From Alphaproteobacteria bacterium (GTDB lineage: Bacteria > Myxococcota_A > UBA796 > CAJQPC01): a stretch of DNA of 64,000 nucleotides. Each line of letters begins with the position of its first letter. Position 1 is the stretch's first letter. The notes beneath the pieces were generated by a model. The model saw only the letters and a list, made by a program, of their open reading frames with translations. It searched no databases and had not been told where the DNA came from. The position numbers and the translations under genes were made by a program. The stretch is taken from NCBI GenBank assembly GCA_020632795.1, contig JACKEV010000010.1:223127-287126 (forward strand). The letters are read 5' to 3'. Of this stretch, positions 60,583 to 64,000 are shown piece after piece.

Positions 60583-60918
60583 ATGTCTGTCAACGTGACG
60601 CTGAACAACACCTACCATTATGGCCTGACCATCGAGCCGGGCGACTCCAACACGGGGTGGGTCTCCCAGGGCGCGATCGGGTACGAGCCCGGTGACTTCG
60701 TCGGCCTGGTGGCCTCCTCCGACACGTCCGGTGCCGCCTTCGAGGTCACCGACCTGTGGATCTCCAAGGAAGATGGACAGTACTGGATCTACTGCACGCT
60801 CAAGAACAGGGGCTCGGCAGGCGCGAACCCTCTCCTGACCTACCAGGTCACGAAGCAGGCCAGCGGCGGCCCGGCCGGGTTCGTGGCGATGCCGCGCCAG
60901 GCCATCCAGAAGGCCTGA
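60583..60918 (+). CDS. Hypothetical small protein
   Basis: ATG at 60583 with GGAGAAG RBS; 111 aa. Confidence 0.4.
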   Translation: MSVNVTLNNTYHYGLTIEPGDSNTGWVSQGAIGYEPGDFVGLVASSDTSGAAFEVTDLWISKEDGQYWIYCTLKNRGSAGANPLLTYQVTKQASGGPAGFVAMPRQAIQKA

Positions 60919-60962
60919 GCCCTCCCCGGATGCGGCGGCGCCGGTCGCCGCCGCGTCCCGAC

Positions 60963-61946
60963 TCAGTCCGCCCGCAGCAGGAACTCCGCCCACAGCGGGT
61001 AGTGGTCCGAGATCCGATAGGACAGGGCCTGTCGGCTGCGGTGGGTCTGGACGCAGGGGGCGAAGTCGAACGAGCCCGCCCGCCCCGGCGTGAGGCTGAG
61101 CGCAGGCACGCCGGTCTCCCCGGTGAACCACGCGATCTGGTCGTAGAACTTCAGGGTGTCGGGCTTGGAGGGGTCATCGAAGATGGAGCGCGGCACGTTG
61201 ACGAGCCCCGGGGCCGGGCGCAGTCCGGTGGACGTGAACGCCTGGTAGTTGGGGTCGTCCTGGCGGTCGATGTTGAAGTCCCCGAGCGCGATGAGGTTGT
61301 GGTCCCAGGCGTTCACCCGGCTGGCCCAGTCGGCCAGCCAGCGGGCGATGACCCGCAGCTCCTCGGTGCGATCCCGGCCGTCGACGCCGTAGACGACGTG
61401 GAGGGTCACCAGGATGAAGGTGTCGTTCCCCGCGGCGAAGCTCACCGCGTAGGGCGAGCGGGCGAACTGGCCGCGGAACGAGGCCGGCGTGATGTCGGTG
61501 GTGTAGTCGTCGGGGATGACCACCTCGGCGGCCAGCCCGCTGAGCCGCACGGTGCGGCGGTCGAACAGGTAGGCCAGCCGCTCGCTGTTGCCGGAGCTGC
61601 CCTGGGACACGTCCGTCAGGATCAGCCCCCAGTTCGGCCCCAGCCAGCGCAGCAGGTGCCGCAGGGCGCGCAGGTTGCCCTTGACCTCCTGCAGGGCGCA
61701 CACGTCGAAGCGCTTGATGATCTCGCCGATGGCCAGCAGGCTGCGCAGGTCGCGCTTGGGGCTGTCGTCGTCGCTCGCGGTCCACTTCTCGGTCAGGTCC
61801 GCGAAGCTGCGCAGGTTCCAGGTGGCGATGAGCACGTTGCGGTCCAGCCGCTTGGGCGGGAGCTGCGCGTCCAGCGCGTCGCGCAGCGCGGCCAGCTCCT
61901 CGCGCACGTCGTCGGGCGGGCGGTCCAGGATGGAGGGCACGATCAC
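60963..61946 (-). CDS. Endonuclease/exonuclease/phosphatase (EEP) family protein
   Basis: 327 aa; EEP fold cues (NVLIATWNLRSF, LALGDFNIDRQD, SDHYPLWAEF). Confidence 0.75.
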   Translation of the reverse strand: MIVPSILDRPPDDVREELAALRDALDAQLPPKRLDRNVLIATWNLRSFADLTEKWTASDDDSPKRDLRSLLAIGEIIKRFDVCALQEVKGNLRALRHLLRWLGPNWGLILTDVSQGSSGNSERLAYLFDRRTVRLSGLAAEVVIPDDYTTDITPASFRGQFARSPYAVSFAAGNDTFILVTLHVVYGVDGRDRTEELRVIARWLADWASRVNAWDHNLIALGDFNIDRQDDPNYQAFTSTGLRPAPGLVNVPRSIFDDPSKPDTLKFYDQIAWFTGETGVPALSLTPGRAGSFDFAPCVQTHRSRQALSYRISDHYPLWAEFLLRAD

Positions 61947-62030
61947 TCCGGGGAGGGGGCCCCCTCAGGATACCGGAGACTCCGGAAGCTGGCGCTCCAC
62001 CCCGCTACACTGAGGTCGAGGAGGTCGCTC

Positions 62031-63005
62031 GTGTCCCAGCCCACGCCCCTGCAGGCGGCGACCCGCCAGGTCGGCCCGCCGAACGGCCCCTCCGGGCTGA
62101 CGCGCTTCAAGGCGGCGGCGTTCGGCCTTGCGGCGCGCACCATCTACAACCCGGCCTGGGGGCTCTCGGCGGTGCGCGCGCTGCTGTCGGTCTCCAACGC
62201 CTACCCCCGCCCCCTCATGCGGCTGCTGAACCCCGGCCTGGCCCACGAGGTCGTCGAGGGCGCGGTCCACGGGGAGTGGTTTGCGCTGCCGGACCATCGG
62301 CCGGGCTGCACGATGCTGTACCTGCATGGCGGGGGCTACATCATGGGCGCCCCCGACCAGTGGCGCGCGATGGCGCTGACGATGGCGCGGGCCTCGCGCT
62401 GCCGGGTGTTCCTGCCCCGCTACCGGCTGGCCCCCGAGCACCCCCACCCCGCCGCGGTCGAGGACGGCGTGGCGGCGTTCCGCTGGCTGCTCGATCAAGG
62501 GGAGCGGGTGGTGCTGGCCGGGGACTCGGCGGGCGGGGCGCTGGCCTTGCAGGTGCTGTTCGCGGCCCGGGACCAGGGGCTGCCCGCCCCGGCGGGGGTG
62601 GTCGCCCACTCCCCCTTCGCCGACAAGACCCTCGGCGCCGACAGCATCCACCGCAACGCGGCCACGGACAGGGTGCTGTGGCCGGCCTACATCCGCTGGG
62701 TGCGGGACACCTGCGTGTGCGGCCAGGACCCGACGGATCCGGGGATCTCCCCTCTCTTCCAGGACTACACCGCATCCCCGCCGCTGCTGATCACCGTGGG
62801 CAGCCACGAGTGCCTGCAGGACGACGGGGCCGCCGTGGCCGAGCGCGCGCTGGCGGCGGGGGTGGACGTGCAGCTCCTCGTCGGGCACGGGGCCCAGCAC
62901 GTCTTCCCCATCCTGCTGCCGGGCTCCGGCGCGGCGGTCGAGGCCCTGGCCGCCGTGGGTGCGTTCTGCGACCGGGTGTGTGCAGAGACGACGCCGCCCG
63001 AATAA
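62031..63005 (+). CDS. Alpha/beta hydrolase (hormone-sensitive-lipase-like esterase)
   Basis: GTG at 62031 (GAGGAGG RBS); HGGGY oxyanion motif and GDSAGG nucleophile elbow. Track ORF 60756-63005 is an artefactual upstream extension. Confidence 0.8.
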   Translation: MSQPTPLQAATRQVGPPNGPSGLTRFKAAAFGLAARTIYNPAWGLSAVRALLSVSNAYPRPLMRLLNPGLAHEVVEGAVHGEWFALPDHRPGCTMLYLHGGGYIMGAPDQWRAMALTMARASRCRVFLPRYRLAPEHPHPAAVEDGVAAFRWLLDQGERVVLAGDSAGGALALQVLFAARDQGLPAPAGVVAHSPFADKTLGADSIHRNAATDRVLWPAYIRWVRDTCVCGQDPTDPGISPLFQDYTASPPLLITVGSHECLQDDGAAVAERALAAGVDVQLLVGHGAQHVFPILLPGSGAAVEALAAVGAFCDRVCAETTPPE

Positions 63006-63013
63006 CGGAGCTT

Positions 63014-64000
63014 GTGGCTCGCACCCGCCTCTCCACCCGACTGCGCCGATGGCTGCGCGGGGGCCTGCCCACCTGGTACGACCCGGACTACCGCCTGCCG
63101 GTCAGCAGCGCGGGGGTGGGCAACGGCATGGAGCCCCGGCGCGCGGACTTCGTGGCCTGGTACCTGGCCGACAGCGGCGCTCTGCGCCGGGAGGACCTGC
63201 GGCACCCGCCCCGGGCGAGCTGGGCGTGGCTGGCCCGGGTCCACACCCCCGAGCTGCTGCGCTCCCTCTCCGACCGGGACACCCTGGCCCGGGTCATGGG
63301 CCTCCCGAGCTGGGACATCCCGGTGGAGGAGCTGCTGCTCGGCGTCCGGCTGGCGGTGGGCGGCACGGTCGAGGCCACCCGCGAGGCCCTGCGCCGCGAC
63401 GGCCCCACCCTCAACCTCCTGGGGGGCTACCACCACGCCGCCCCGGACAAGGCGGCGGGTCTGTGTCTGGTCAACGACATCGCCATCGCGCTGGCGGTGG
63501 CCCGCCAGGAGGGCTTCGACGGCCGCGTGGTGGTCATCGACCTGGACGCCCACCCCCCCGACGGCACCGCCGCCTGCCTGGCCAGCGACCCCAAGGCCTG
63601 GATCGGCAGCCTCTCCAGAAGCGACTGGGGGTCGCTGCCCGGGGTGGACGAGACCGTGCTGCCCCCGGGCACGCCGGACGGCCCCTACCTGGACGCCCTC
63701 GACGCCCTGCTGGGCCGCATGCCCGACCCCGCGTTGGCCTTCGTCATCGCGGGGGGCGACGTGCTCGCCGAGGACCAGCTCGGCCAGCTCGGCCTGAGCG
63801 AGGCCGGGGCGCGGGCGCGGGACCTCAAGGTGGCGCGGGCGCTGGCCGGGGTGCCCGCGGTGTGGCTGCCCGGGGGCGGCTACAGCAACGCGGCCTGGCG
63901 GGTGCTGGCCGGCACGGCCCTGGCGGTGGCGTTGGGCACCGAGCGGCCCATCCCCTCGGAGTACGCGCCGCTGCGGCGTCGCTTCGATCGCATCTTCCGA
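63014..64000 (+). CDS. Histone deacetylase/AcuC/AphA-family deacetylase, partial (runs off window end)
   Basis: Read by hand: ...GGYHHAAPDKAAGLCLVNDIAIA...VVIDLDAHPPDGTA...LPGGGY. GTG at 63014. Not in the ORF track because no stop lies inside the window. Confidence 0.7.
   Translation, partial: MARTRLSTRLRRWLRGGLPTWYDPDYRLPVSSAGVGNGMEPRRADFVAWYLADSGALRREDLRHPPRASWAWLARVHTPELLRSLSDRDTLARVMGLPSWDIPVEELLLGVRLAVGGTVEATREALRRDGPTLNLLGGYHHAAPDKAAGLCLVNDIAIALAVARQEGFDGRVVVIDLDAHPPDGTAACLASDPKAWIGSLSRSDWGSLPGVDETVLPPGTPDGPYLDALDALLGRMPDPALAFVIAGGDVLAEDQLGQLGLSEAGARARDLKVARALAGVPAVWLPGGGYSNAAWRVLAGTALAVALGTERPIPSEYAPLRRRFDRIFR

Noticed and set aside
60756-63005. 749-aa plus ORF
   Set aside because: Upstream two-thirds is antisense to the EEP gene. 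Only the C-terminal 324 aa (from GTG 62031) form the alpha/beta hydrolase.

Overview
High-GC (~70%) bacterial chromosomal window; gene content and lipoprotein-rich, Cys-repeat (PF11617-like) proteins suggest a myxobacterium-like deltaproteobacterium. The window is mostly ordinary core and accessory genes, listed in order below. A long pentapeptide-repeat protein running off the 5' edge; murA; a ~560-bp non-coding inverted duplication of a structured RNA-like element; a compact lipid/polyketide-like cassette (two KAS III-like condensing enzymes, LPLAT acyltransferase, SDR reductase, ACP, SAM methyltransferase, DRE-TIM/HMGL-like lyase); VWA lipoprotein; Zn-metalloprotease plus two small outer-membrane-protein-like genes; OPT transporter; maeB; RNase P RNA (rnpB) with its usual COG1579 zinc-ribbon neighbour; a fused S+E glutamate (methylaspartate) mutase; tRNA-Met; dnaG-rpoD; a 1780-aa Ser/Thr kinase-AAA-TPR-GAF-adenylyl cyclase protein; many lipoproteins; a large Ig-repeat surface protein ending in a beta-barrel-like domain; a cyclophilin; a response-regulator/GGDEF gene coupled to lptF-lptG; cdnL (CarD family); rph-rdgB; pncB-pncA; secreted S1 protease; EEP nuclease; alpha/beta hydrolase; an HDAC-family gene running off the 3' edge. 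Anomalies seen in the sequence itself: two compensating frameshifts inside rpoD, a frameshift at the 3' end of pncB, an apparent non-canonical ATC start for lptF, and repeated GTGA stop/start overlaps. The most unusual locus is the inverted-duplicated RNA-like element at 3758-4318, whose Shine-Dalgarno-containing hairpins show compensatory base changes. All calls rest on reading the sequence and the ORF track by eye; no database searches were run.
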